Shown here: piece after piece, positions 51,485 through 61,372 of the stretch | How positions within the stretch are numbered: position 1 is the first letter of the stretch | How the letters are laid out: each line of letters begins with the position of its first letter | Assembly: GCA_965225945.1 (NCBI GenBank) | Contig: CBDDBZ010000032.1 | Location: forward strand, 256,001-320,000 | Reading direction: 5' to 3' | Origin: Alphaproteobacteria bacterium | GTDB lineage: Bacteria; Pseudomonadota; Alphaproteobacteria; GCA-2731375 | DNA length: 64,000 nt | Made by a program: the position numbers and the translations under genes | Notes under the pieces: model-generated | What the model was told of the DNA's origin: nothing | The model's database searches: none | What the model saw: only the letters and a program-made list of their open reading frames with translations

Positions 51485-52741
51485 ATGTCCCGCTATTCGG
51501 CCTGGAGCCTGTTCACGCATGGCCTGAGCGGGCAGCGCAAGTGGCGGCGCGCCTGGCGCGATGCGGAACCGAAGCCGCACTACGGCGTCATCATCGTCGG
51601 CGGCGGCGGGCACGGCCTCGCCACCGCCTATTACCTGGCCAAGGAGCACGGCATTACCGACGTCGCCGTGCTGGAAAAGGGCTGGCTCGGCGGCGGCAAC
51701 ACCGGGCGCAACACCACCATCGTGCGCTCCAACTATCTGCTCGACCCCAACAGCCACTTCTATGAGAAGTCGATGAAACTCTGGGAGGGGCTGAGCCAGG
51801 AGCTCAACTTCAACGTCATGTTCAGCCAGCGGGGCGTGTTGAACCTGGGCCATTCCGATGGCCAGATGGACGCCTTCGCGCGCCGCGGCAACGTCATGCG
51901 GCTGAACGGGATCGAAGCCGAGTTGATGGGACGCGACGAGATCCGCCGGGAGATCCCCTACCTGAATTTTTCCGCTTCCGCGCGTTTTCCCATCATGGGC
52001 GGGCTGATGCAGCGGCGCGGCGGCACCGTGCGGCACGACGCCGTCGCCTGGGGCTTCGCGCGGGCCGCCGACGGCCGGGGCGTCGACATCGTGCAAAACT
52101 GCGAGGTCACCGCCGTCCGCCGCGAGGGCGCGCGGGTCGTCGGCGTCGAGACCAGCCGGGGCTTTATCGGCTGCGACAGAATCGGCTTCGCGGTGGCCGG
52201 CAATACCGGACGCCTTGCGGCGATGGCGGGCTTCCGCCTGCCGATCGAAAGCCACGTGCTGCAGGCCTTCGTCTCGGAGGGGCTGAAACCGACCATCGAT
52301 CACGTCGTGACCTACGGCGCCGGGCACTTCTACATCAGCCAGTCCGACAAGGGCGGCTTGGTCTTCGGCGGCGATCTCGACCTTTACAACTCTTATGCGC
52401 AGCGCGGCAATCTGGCGATGGTCGAGCACGTGGTGACGGCCGGGCTGGCGATGGTGCCGCACCTCTCGCGGCTCCGCATCGCCCGGAGCTGGGGCGGCGT
52501 CGTGGACATGAGCATGGACGGCAGCCCGATCATCTCCACCTCGCCGCTCGACAACCTCTATCTCAACTGTGGCTGGTGCTACGGCGGCTTCAAGGCGACG
52601 CCGGCCTCGGGCTGGGTGTTCGCCCACACCATCGCCAACGGGCGTCCGCACGAACTGAACACGGCGATGACCCTCGATCGCTTCGAGACCGGACGGCTGC
52701 TGGACGAGAAGGGCGGCGGCCCCTTTCCCTGGGTGCATTAG
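51485..52741 (+). CDS. soxB: Sarcosine oxidase beta subunit
   Basis: GGGGHGLATAYYLAKEHG, GNTGRNTTIVRSNY, GWCYGGFKATP. Confidence 0.96.
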   Translation: MSRYSAWSLFTHGLSGQRKWRRAWRDAEPKPHYGVIIVGGGGHGLATAYYLAKEHGITDVAVLEKGWLGGGNTGRNTTIVRSNYLLDPNSHFYEKSMKLWEGLSQELNFNVMFSQRGVLNLGHSDGQMDAFARRGNVMRLNGIEAELMGRDEIRREIPYLNFSASARFPIMGGLMQRRGGTVRHDAVAWGFARAADGRGVDIVQNCEVTAVRREGARVVGVETSRGFIGCDRIGFAVAGNTGRLAAMAGFRLPIESHVLQAFVSEGLKPTIDHVVTYGAGHFYISQSDKGGLVFGGDLDLYNSYAQRGNLAMVEHVVTAGLAMVPHLSRLRIARSWGGVVDMSMDGSPIISTSPLDNLYLNCGWCYGGFKATPASGWVFAHTIANGRPHELNTAMTLDRFETGRLLDEKGGGPFPWVH

Positions 52742-52744
52742 AGC

Positions 52745-53026
52745 ATGATCCTGATCGATTGCCCCTATTGCGGCCCGCGCGGCCACGAGGAGTTCACCTA
52801 CGCCGGCGACGCGACCAAGCGGCGACCCGAGATCGGCGGCGCGCCGGACGCCGAAGCCTGGCAGGACTTTCTCCACCTCCGCGACAATCCGCGCGGGCCG
52901 CACCTGGAATTCTGGCATCACGCGCAGGGTTGCCGGGCCTACGTCAAGGTGCTGCGCGACACCGCGACGCACGAGGTGTTTGCCTGCGGCCTTCCCGCCA
53001 ACGACCTGGCGGGCGAGGCCGAGTGA
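52745..53026 (+). CDS. soxD: Sarcosine oxidase delta subunit
   Basis: CPYCGPR..EEF, RDNPRG, WHHAQGC, RDTATHE. Confidence 0.95.
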   Translation: MILIDCPYCGPRGHEEFTYAGDATKRRPEIGGAPDAEAWQDFLHLRDNPRGPHLEFWHHAQGCRAYVKVLRDTATHEVFACGLPANDLAGEAE

Positions 53027-55974
53027 TGGCCGAGGCTCCCTACCGTCTCGCCGATGGGGGTCTGATCGACCGCGCCCGCCGGCTCGCCTTCGATTTCGAC
53101 GGCCGGCGCCTGCACGGCCATCCCGGCGACACGCTCGCCTCGGCGCTGCTGGCGAACGGCGTGCATCTGGTCGGCCGGAGCTTCAAATATCACCGACCGC
53201 GCGGCATCCTGACCGCCGGCTCGGCCGAGCCGAACGCCCTGGTCGAGCTCCGCGCCGGCGCGCGGCGCGAGCCCAACACCCGGGCGACGACGGTCGAGCT
53301 TTACGACGGCCTGGTGGCGGCGAGCCAGAACCGCTGGCCGAGCCTGCGCCACGACGTGCTGTCGATCAACGATGTGATGTCGCGCTTCCTGCCGGCCGGC
53401 TTCTACTACAAGACCTTCATGTGGCCGCCCAAGGCGTGGCTCACCTACGAGAAGTTCATCCGCCGGGCGGCCGGCCTCGGCAGCGCCGCCGAGCAACCCG
53501 ATCCCGACCGATACGACCGCATGAACCTACATTGCGACGTGTTGGTGGTCGGCGGTGGGGTGGCCGGCCTGGCGGCGGCGGAGGCGGCGGGCCGGGACGG
53601 CGCGCGTGTGGTTCTGGTCGACGAGTCGGATCGATTGGGCGGATCGCTCTTGGGCGAGCGGATCCGGATCGACGGCGCGCCGGCGCTCGCCTGGATCGAT
53701 TCCCTGGTGGCCATCCTCGCCGAGCGGTCCGAAACCACGGTGCTGACCCGGACCACTGCCTTCGGCGTCTACGACGACAACTTCGTCGGCGCGATCGAGA
53801 GGGTGTCGGACCATCTCCGCGAACCGCCGGCCCACGGCGTGCGCCAGCGCTATTGGCGGATCCGCGCCGGCCGCGTCGTCGCCGCCGCGGGCGCGTTGGA
53901 GCGGCCCCTGGTCTTCGCCGAGAATGATCGGCCGGGGATCATGCTGGCCTCGGCGGTGCGCGCCTACCTCAACCGCTACGCGGTCCGCCCCGGGCGCCGC
54001 GCCGTCGTCTTCTGCAACAACGACGACGGCTACCGGACGGCGCTCGACCTCCAGGCGGCGGGAGTCGAGGTGGCGGCGGTGGTCGATGCCCGGCGCGATG
54101 ACGGCGCCTGGCGTGCCCGCGCGCGCGAGGCCGGCGTGGAGGTCATGGCGGGCGCGGTCGTCACCCGGGCCCGGGGCAAGCGCCACGTCCGCGCGGTCGA
54201 AGTCATGACCCTCGCCGGCGGAGGTGCTTCGGGCGCCTCGCGCCGTATCGCCTGCGATCTCGTCGCCGTTTCCGGCGGCCTCGACCCGGCGCTGCATCTC
54301 TTGTCCCACGCTGGCGCGGTGGCCGAATACGACCCCGAGATCGCCGCGTTCCGCCCGGGTGAGGGCGCACGCGGGGATATCGTCGCCGTCGGCGCCGCCA
54401 ACGGCACCTTCGACCTCGCTGCGGCGCTTCGCGAGGCCAAAATCGCCACCGACGAGCCGGAGGCGACGGCGCCGCTCGCGCTCTGGCGTGTGCCGGGGGG
54501 CAAGGGCAAGGCTTTCGTCGATCCGCAGAACGACGTCACGGCCGACGATATCGCGCTTGCGCACCGGGAAGGCTACGTCTCCGTCGAACATCTGAAGCGC
54601 TACACCACGCTCGGCATGGGCACGGACCAGGGCAAGCTCGGCAACGTCAACGGCCTGGCGATCCTGGCCGAGGCCAGGGGCGCGCCGATCGGCCAGGTGG
54701 GCACGACGACCTACCGGCCCCCCTACGTGGGGGTGGCCATCGGTGCCCTCGTCGGGCCCGACGTCGGCCACCATGAGGCGCCGGTGCGCTACTCCGCCAT
54801 GCACGACTGGCACGTGGCCCGGGGCGCCGTCTTCGTCGAGGCCGGCGCCTGGCTTCGCCCGCGCTACTATCTGGCGCCGGGCGAGGTCGATGGGAGGGAG
54901 ACCATGGACCGCGCCATCACCCGCGAGGTGGTCGAGACCCGCGGCGGCGTCGGCCTGGTCGACGTCTCGACCCTCGGCAAGATCGACATCCAGGGCCCCG
55001 ACTCAGGCGAGTTGCTGAACCGGCTCTACACCAACGGCTGGAAGGGGCTGGAGGTCGGCCGCGCCCGCTATGGCCTGATGCTGCGCGAGGACGGCCTGGT
55101 TTTCGACGACGGCACCACCTCGCGGCTCGGCGAACGGCATTATCTGATGACGACGACCACGACCAACGCCGGCCCGGTGATGGCGCATCTGGAGTATTAC
55201 CTCCAAATCGTCTGGCCGGAATTGCGGGTGAAGGCGGTCTCGGTCACCGAGCAGTGGGCGGCGATGGCGCTGGCCGGCCCGAAGGCGCGCGAGGTGCTGG
55301 CCGCCGTGGCGCCGGGCCTCGATGTGTCGAATGAGGCCTTTCCGTTCATGGGCGTGCGGTTTGCCGAGGTGGCGGGCGTGGAAGCGCGGATCTTCCGGAT
55401 CAGCTTCTCGGGCGAACTATCCTACGAGATCAACGTCGGCGCCGATTGGGGCGCCTCGGTCTGGGAGCGAATCGTCGAGGCCGGCGCGACATGGGGCCTG
55501 CGCCCTTACGGCACCGAGGCGATGGGCATCATGCGGATCGAGAAGGGCCACGTCGCGGGCGGCGAGCTCGACGGCCAGTCCACGGCGGAGGATCTGGGGC
55601 TCGCCCGGATGCAGAGCCGGCGCAAGGACTATATCGGCCTCGCCATGCTCGACCGCGAGGGGCTGGCCGACGCGATGCGGCCGCGTTTCGTCGGCCTCGT
55701 GCCCGTGGACGGCACGACGCCCATCCGCGTCGGCGCCCATATCGTCGAGGACCCCCATGCGGCCCCGCCGGTAGCGAGGCTCGGCCATGTCTCGTCGTCG
55801 GCCTATCTCAGCCCGACCGTCGGTCACCCCATCGCGCTGGGCTTCGTCGCCGGCGGGCGGGAGCGGCTGGGCGAGGAGATCTGGGCCGTCAGCCCGGTGC
55901 ACGACCAGCGGGTCAAGGTGCGGCTCGCCGACCCGGTGTTTTACGATCCCGAGGGAGGGCGACAGCGTGGCTAA
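53026..55974 (+). CDS. soxA: Sarcosine oxidase alpha subunit
   Basis: GDTLASALLANG, RSFKYHRPRG, EHLKRYTTLGMGTDQGK, DVSTLGKI, RISFSGELSYE. Confidence 0.96.
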   Translation: MAEAPYRLADGGLIDRARRLAFDFDGRRLHGHPGDTLASALLANGVHLVGRSFKYHRPRGILTAGSAEPNALVELRAGARREPNTRATTVELYDGLVAASQNRWPSLRHDVLSINDVMSRFLPAGFYYKTFMWPPKAWLTYEKFIRRAAGLGSAAEQPDPDRYDRMNLHCDVLVVGGGVAGLAAAEAAGRDGARVVLVDESDRLGGSLLGERIRIDGAPALAWIDSLVAILAERSETTVLTRTTAFGVYDDNFVGAIERVSDHLREPPAHGVRQRYWRIRAGRVVAAAGALERPLVFAENDRPGIMLASAVRAYLNRYAVRPGRRAVVFCNNDDGYRTALDLQAAGVEVAAVVDARRDDGAWRARAREAGVEVMAGAVVTRARGKRHVRAVEVMTLAGGGASGASRRIACDLVAVSGGLDPALHLLSHAGAVAEYDPEIAAFRPGEGARGDIVAVGAANGTFDLAAALREAKIATDEPEATAPLALWRVPGGKGKAFVDPQNDVTADDIALAHREGYVSVEHLKRYTTLGMGTDQGKLGNVNGLAILAEARGAPIGQVGTTTYRPPYVGVAIGALVGPDVGHHEAPVRYSAMHDWHVARGAVFVEAGAWLRPRYYLAPGEVDGRETMDRAITREVVETRGGVGLVDVSTLGKIDIQGPDSGELLNRLYTNGWKGLEVGRARYGLMLREDGLVFDDGTTSRLGERHYLMTTTTTNAGPVMAHLEYYLQIVWPELRVKAVSVTEQWAAMALAGPKAREVLAAVAPGLDVSNEAFPFMGVRFAEVAGVEARIFRISFSGELSYEINVGADWGASVWERIVEAGATWGLRPYGTEAMGIMRIEKGHVAGGELDGQSTAEDLGLARMQSRRKDYIGLAMLDREGLADAMRPRFVGLVPVDGTTPIRVGAHIVEDPHAAPPVARLGHVSSSAYLSPTVGHPIALGFVAGGRERLGEEIWAVSPVHDQRVKVRLADPVFYDPEGGRQRG

Positions 55975-56569
55975 GGCGGAGCGACGGTCCCCCCTGGCGG
56001 CGGTGCTGGAGCCCGCTCGCCATGGCGCGGCGGTGGTTCAAACGCCGGAGTTGGTGTTGAGCGAGCGGCGCCCGCTGTCCATGGTGCAGGTGGAGAGCGA
56101 CGAGGCCGGCGCCCCAGAGGTGGTCGCAGGTGTGGAAAACGCGCTCGGCGTGACGCCGCCGGTGGCGTTCAACCGCATGGCCGGCGACGACGGGCTGGCG
56201 ATCCACTGGATCGGGCCGCATCGCTGGCTGGTGGTGGCGCCGGCCGGGCGCGACCTGGAGGCGCTGTTGGTGGATGGCTTGGCCGGCACCGAGGCGGCGG
56301 TGGTCGAGCTTTCGCACGGCCGCGCCGCGATCCGCCTGGCGGGCGGCATGGCCCGCCAAGTGCTGGCCAAGGGCGCGGGGCTCGATTTTCACCCCGCCGT
56401 CTTCACCCCCGGCGTCGTGGCGCAGACCGCGCTGTTTCATGTCTCGGTGCTGATCGCCTGCCTCGACGATTCCCCCGCCTTCGAGATCCACGCCCCCCGA
56501 GGCTTCGCCCGCTCGCTCTGGGAAAGCCTGACCGATGCCGCCGCCGAATACGGCTACCGCGTGGTCTGA
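55967..56569 (+). CDS. soxG: Sarcosine oxidase gamma subunit
   Basis: WIGPHRWL, LAKGAGLDFHP, RGFARSLW; GTG start overlaps the soxA end. Confidence 0.93.
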   Translation: MAKAERRSPLAAVLEPARHGAAVVQTPELVLSERRPLSMVQVESDEAGAPEVVAGVENALGVTPPVAFNRMAGDDGLAIHWIGPHRWLVVAPAGRDLEALLVDGLAGTEAAVVELSHGRAAIRLAGGMARQVLAKGAGLDFHPAVFTPGVVAQTALFHVSVLIACLDDSPAFEIHAPRGFARSLWESLTDAAAEYGYRVV

Positions 56570-56600
56570 CGCCCCGTGCCGCGCTCGGGGAAATCGACGC

Positions 56601-56632
56601 TTGACAGAATTTCGTTTGTATACAAACAATAT
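56601..56632 (+). promoter_or_regulatory. Sigma70 promoter with a GntR-type operator
   Basis: TTGACA at 56601; perfect palindrome GTTTGTATACAAAC at 56614-56627 overlapping the spacer and -10 region. Confidence 0.7.
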
Positions 56633-56663
56633 CGCGTGACGTTCGGTTGGGAGGCGCGAGCGT

Positions 56664-59600
56664 ATGGCACGGGCGATGGCCGGCATCGACGTCGGCGGGA
56701 CCTTCACGGACTTGGTGCTGCTGGAGGATTCAGGCGACGGCCCGGCGCGGGTGCGGGTCGCCAAGACGCCGACGACGCCGGACAATCAGGCCTTCGGCGT
56801 GATGGCGGCGATTCGGGACACGAGCGTCAGCCCGGCCGCAATCGACCTGATCCTGCACGGCACGACCACCACCACCAATGCCATTCTCGAAGGCAAGATC
56901 GCCAAGGTCGGCCTGATCACCACGCGCGGCTTCCGCGACATCCTGGAACTCGGCCGCCGCACCCGGCCCGCCGCCTACGGAATGCGCGGCGAGTTCGAGC
57001 CGCTGATCCCGCGCGAGCGGCGGCTGGAAGTGAGGGAAAGAATGCGGGTCGACGGCGCGGTGCACGAGCCGCTCGACGAGGACGAGGTTCGCGCCCAGGT
57101 CCTCCGGCTCCGCGAGATGGGCTGCGAGAGCCTGCTGATCCACTTCCTCCACGCCTACGCCAATTCGGCGCACGAGGTCCGGGCGGGTGAGATCGCGGCC
57201 GAGATCTGGCCCAACGATTACGTCACCCTGGGCCACCGCGTGATCTCCGAATTTCGGGAGTACGAGCGCGGCACCACCGCCTCGATCAACGCCGCCGTGC
57301 AGCCGATCCTCGAGCGCTATATCGCCCGTCTCCGCGCCGAGCTGGAGGCGGCGGGCTACGGCCGCGATTTCCTGGTGATGAACGGCAACGGCGGCACCGT
57401 CGCCTCGGCGCTGGTCGCGGGCGAGGCGGCGAAGACGGTGATGTCGGGCCCGGCCTCCGGCGTCAAGGCGGCGGCCTATACGGCGGCGGCGGCCGGCTTC
57501 GCCGACGTCATCTCCTACGACATGGGCGGCACCTCGACCGACGTGGCGCTGATCCGGAGCGGCGAGCCGGAAGTCAGCTCGGAGCTGCGGATCGCCTATG
57601 GCCTGCCGGTGCATCTGCCGATGATCGACGTGCGCTCGATCGGCGCCGGTGGCGGCTCGATCGCCTGGATCGACGCCGGCGGGATCCTCAAGGTGGGGCC
57701 GGAGAGCGCGGGCGCCCGGCCCGGGCCGATCTGCCATGGCCGGGGCGGCGAGCGGCCGACGGTGACCGACGCCAACGTGGTTCTCGGCCGCATGGACCAC
57801 GCCGGCCTGCTGGCGGCCGAACAGGTGGTGCCGCTGGAGCACGTCCGCATGATCTTCGAGAAGGAGCTGGCCGCCCCCCTCGGCCTTTCGGTCGACGCGG
57901 CGGCCGCCGCGGTCGTGGCCATCGCCAACACCCAGATGGCCGGCGCGATCCGAATGGTCTCGCTGGCTCGGGGGCACGATCCACGCGACTTTGCCCTCTT
58001 CGCCTTCGGCGGCGCCGGGCCGATGCACGCAGGCGCGCTGGCCCGCGAGCTGGGCCTGCCGAAAGTGCTGATCCCCGCACTTCCCGGCATGACCAACGCG
58101 CTCGGCTGCCTGGTCGCCGACCTTCGCCAGGACTACGTCAACACGCTGAACCGGCCGCTCGACGAGGTGGATTTCGACGAACTGGGCGCCCTGCTCCGGG
58201 CCCAGCGCCGACGCGGCCAGGCGGCCAACGCGGAGCAGCGCAGCGAGATCACACGGACCACGGTGCGCCATTCCTTCGACATGCAGTTCAGCGGCCAGAC
58301 CCATATCCTGAACGTACCCGCGCCGGAGGGCGAGATCACCCGCGAAACCCTGGGCGCCCGCTTCGCAAGGGCCTATTTCGAGCGCTTCGCGGTTTGGCTG
58401 CCGGAGATCCGCGCCGTCGTGGTCAATGCCAACACCTCGGTGATCGGCCATCGGCGCCCGGTCGACCTCTCGAGCCTGGTCGATCCCGCGCGCCGCGCCG
58501 CCACCATCGAGGCCTCGATCAAGGGCCACCGGCCAGTCTATTTCGACGGCGCCTGGCGCAAGACGCCGGTCCATGATCGGGCACGACTGCCGGCCGGCGC
58601 GCGGCTCGCCGGCCCGGCGGTGATCGAGCAGATGGACACCACCATCGTCGTCGAGCCGGGGACCGCGCTCGAGACCGACGCCATCGGCAACATCGTCGTC
58701 GACGTCCCCCTCGAGCGGGCGAGCCTGGGCGTACCAAGCAAGAGCGAACTCGATCCCCTGACCCTGGCGGTGGTGTGGAACGGCTTGCGGCAGGTCTGCG
58801 ACGAGATGGACCTGGCCTTCTCCCGCTCCGCCTTCTCGCCGGTGATCGCCGAGGCCGACGACCGCTCCGACGGCATCTATCACCGGGACTCGGGCGAGCT
58901 GATCGCCCAGGGCGAGTTTGGTCTTCCGATCTTCGTCGGCACCATGCAGCACTCGACGATGAACATCATCGCCCGTATCGCCGAGGGCCTGACCTCGGCC
59001 CCCGAGCAAGGCGACATCTACATCGTCAACGACCCCTATCTGGGCGGCACGCACTTGATGGACGTCCGCTTCGCGATGCCGTTCTATCACCGAGGCCGGA
59101 TGTTCTGCTGGCTCTCCAACACCGGGCATTGGCCGGACATCGGCGGCGCGGTGCCGGGTGGCTTCTCCGCCCGGGCGACGGAGGTGGAGCAAGAGGGGCT
59201 CCGCCTGCCGCCGGTGAAGCTCTTCAAGCGGGGCGAGATGGACCCGGAGATTCTGGCCATCATCCAGAGCAACATCCGCATCGCCGACCAGCGGATTGGC
59301 GACATCAAGGCGCAAGCGGCGGCGCTCCAGGTCGGGGCCCGGCGGCTGACGGAACTGCTGGAGCGCCATGGCGTCGAGACCGTGGACGAGGCGATCGCCG
59401 AGATGCGCCGACGCTCGGAGCGTTTGATGCGGAGCTACATCGCCGAGATCCCCGACGGCGTCTACGAGAGCGAGGGAATCGTCGATTCCGACGGCGTGGT
59501 CGACCGGCCACTGGTCATCGCGCTCCGCCTGACCAAGCGAGGCGACGAGATCGAGTTCGACTTTTCCCGCTCCAGCCCGCCCTGCCGGGGACCGATGAAC

Positions 59601-60506
59601 TCGGTCATCGCCACCACCTATTCCTCGGTCTATCTGGCAATCAAGCACATCTTCCCCGACGTGCCGATCAACGCCGGCGTGTTCGAGCCGCTGAAGATCC
59701 GCCGGCCCGAGGGAACCTTCCTCGACGCCCATTATCCCCGCCCGGTCTCGGGCTGCGCGGCCGAGGTCTCGCAGCGGATCGCCGAAGCGGTGTTCGCCGC
59801 CCTGGTCCAGGCAATCCCGGAGCGCGTCACCGCCGCGCCGGCCGGGACCAGCGGCAACTTCGCCCTCGGCGGCCACGATCCGGCGAAGGGGCGAAGCTAT
59901 GTGATGTATCAACTGACCGGCGGCGGCTACGGCGGCAACGCGGATCACGACGGGCTTTCCAACGGCTGTTCCACCATCGGCATCTCCAAGGCCCAGCCGG
60001 TCGAGGTGCTGGAGCAGTACTACCCCGTGCTGTTCCGTAAATACGCGCTCAGGGAGGAGAGCGGCGGCGCCGGCCGGCGGCGCGGCGGTTTCGGGCTGGA
60101 ATACGAGGTCGAGATCCTGCGCGGCGAGGCGCGGGCCTCCTTCGTGATGGATCACGGCCGGGTCGGCCCGCAGGGCGCGCTCGGCGGCGGGGACGGCGCG
60201 CCCAACCGCGTTAAGGTCATCGCCAAGGGCGAGGTCTATGTGCCGCCGCACCTCTCCAAGGATCAGGACATCGAGGTCGGTCCAGGCGACCGGGTGGAGG
60301 TGCTGACGCCGGGCGGCGGCGGTTATGGCCCGGCCTTCGAGCGCGACGCTCGCGCGGTGCGCCGCGACGTCCTGCGGGGCTACTACGGCGCCCCTGCGGC
60401 GGAGCGTCTGTTCGGCGTCCGCCTGGTGGGCGAGGATCTGGAGATCGACCTCGAGGCGACGGAACGGCTCCGCGCGGGCGTGGGCCTGGGCGCGGTCGCC
60501 TCATGA
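56664..60506 (+). CDS. Fused hydantoinase/oxoprolinase A+B (ATP-dependent lactamase)
   Basis: DVGGTFTD, HGTT, SGPASG, DMGGTSTD, GAGGGSI; B part NDPYLGGTHLMD, HWPDIGG, TPGGGGYG. Confidence 0.93.
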   Translation: MARAMAGIDVGGTFTDLVLLEDSGDGPARVRVAKTPTTPDNQAFGVMAAIRDTSVSPAAIDLILHGTTTTTNAILEGKIAKVGLITTRGFRDILELGRRTRPAAYGMRGEFEPLIPRERRLEVRERMRVDGAVHEPLDEDEVRAQVLRLREMGCESLLIHFLHAYANSAHEVRAGEIAAEIWPNDYVTLGHRVISEFREYERGTTASINAAVQPILERYIARLRAELEAAGYGRDFLVMNGNGGTVASALVAGEAAKTVMSGPASGVKAAAYTAAAAGFADVISYDMGGTSTDVALIRSGEPEVSSELRIAYGLPVHLPMIDVRSIGAGGGSIAWIDAGGILKVGPESAGARPGPICHGRGGERPTVTDANVVLGRMDHAGLLAAEQVVPLEHVRMIFEKELAAPLGLSVDAAAAAVVAIANTQMAGAIRMVSLARGHDPRDFALFAFGGAGPMHAGALARELGLPKVLIPALPGMTNALGCLVADLRQDYVNTLNRPLDEVDFDELGALLRAQRRRGQAANAEQRSEITRTTVRHSFDMQFSGQTHILNVPAPEGEITRETLGARFARAYFERFAVWLPEIRAVVVNANTSVIGHRRPVDLSSLVDPARRAATIEASIKGHRPVYFDGAWRKTPVHDRARLPAGARLAGPAVIEQMDTTIVVEPGTALETDAIGNIVVDVPLERASLGVPSKSELDPLTLAVVWNGLRQVCDEMDLAFSRSAFSPVIAEADDRSDGIYHRDSGELIAQGEFGLPIFVGTMQHSTMNIIARIAEGLTSAPEQGDIYIVNDPYLGGTHLMDVRFAMPFYHRGRMFCWLSNTGHWPDIGGAVPGGFSARATEVEQEGLRLPPVKLFKRGEMDPEILAIIQSNIRIADQRIGDIKAQAAALQVGARRLTELLERHGVETVDEAIAEMRRRSERLMRSYIAEIPDGVYESEGIVDSDGVVDRPLVIALRLTKRGDEIEFDFSRSSPPCRGPMNSVIATTYSSVYLAIKHIFPDVPINAGVFEPLKIRRPEGTFLDAHYPRPVSGCAAEVSQRIAEAVFAALVQAIPERVTAAPAGTSGNFALGGHDPAKGRSYVMYQLTGGGYGGNADHDGLSNGCSTIGISKAQPVEVLEQYYPVLFRKYALREESGGAGRRRGGFGLEYEVEILRGEARASFVMDHGRVGPQGALGGGDGAPNRVKVIAKGEVYVPPHLSKDQDIEVGPGDRVEVLTPGGGGYGPAFERDARAVRRDVLRGYYGAPAAERLFGVRLVGEDLEIDLEATERLRAGVGLGAVAS

Positions 60507-61372
60507 GCCTGCTCAGACCCGATACGCTGGAAGCGGCGCTGGAGATACGAGCTCGCCAAGATGTCGTGCCGCTCGCCGGCGGCACCGATGTCTTTCCGGC
60601 CCGCTCCCTCGGGGAGGCCTGGGGCCATCCACCGAAGGCACCGCTGCTGGACCTGAGCGCGATCGCGGCGCTCCGGGGCATCGAGGAAGACGCTGATGGC
60701 CACCGGATCGGCGCGCTCGTCACCTGGACCGAGGTCATGCAGCACCCCCTGCCGGCGCATTTCGAGGGCTTGAAGGCCGCGGGCCGCGAGGTCGGCGGGC
60801 ACCAGATACAGAACCGCGGCACGCTGGTCGGCAACATCTGCAACGCCTCGCCCGCTGCCGACGGAACGCCGGTGCTGCTGGTCCTGGAGGCCGAGATCGA
60901 GCTCGCGAGCCTGGCCGGGTCACGCCGCCTGCCGCTCGCCGAGTTCACCACCGGCAACCGGGAGACGGCGCTCCGCCCGGACGAACTGGCGATCGCCCTC
61001 CACGTGCCGCGCCCGGCGACGACAGTGCCGAGCGCCTTCCTGAAGCTCGGTAGCCGGCGCTATCTGGTGATCTCGATCGCCGCCGTCGCAGGATTGCTGG
61101 AACTGGACGACGACGGCCGCATCGCCGAGGCCCGCCTGGCGGTCGGCGCCTGTTCGCCCGTCCCGTGCCGATTGAGCGAGCTGGAGCGGGCATTGCGTGG
61201 CCTGCGAATCGACGACTCGTTCGACCCGGCCATCCGCGAAACGGTGCCGCCGGCCCTCTCGCCCATCGACGACGCCCGCGCCACCGCCGCTTATCGGCTG
61301 GAAGCCGCGCAAATCCTACTCGCCCGCCTGCTCACCCGGGTGGCCGCTGGCCGCGGGAGGCGGGCCGCATGA
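60503..61372 (+). CDS. FAD subunit of a xanthine-dehydrogenase-family Mo hydroxylase
   Basis: AGGTD, QIQNRGTLVGNICNASPAAD, SPIDDARATAAYR. Confidence 0.92.
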   Translation: MSLLRPDTLEAALEIRARQDVVPLAGGTDVFPARSLGEAWGHPPKAPLLDLSAIAALRGIEEDADGHRIGALVTWTEVMQHPLPAHFEGLKAAGREVGGHQIQNRGTLVGNICNASPAADGTPVLLVLEAEIELASLAGSRRLPLAEFTTGNRETALRPDELAIALHVPRPATTVPSAFLKLGSRRYLVISIAAVAGLLELDDDGRIAEARLAVGACSPVPCRLSELERALRGLRIDDSFDPAIRETVPPALSPIDDARATAAYRLEAAQILLARLLTRVAAGRGRRAA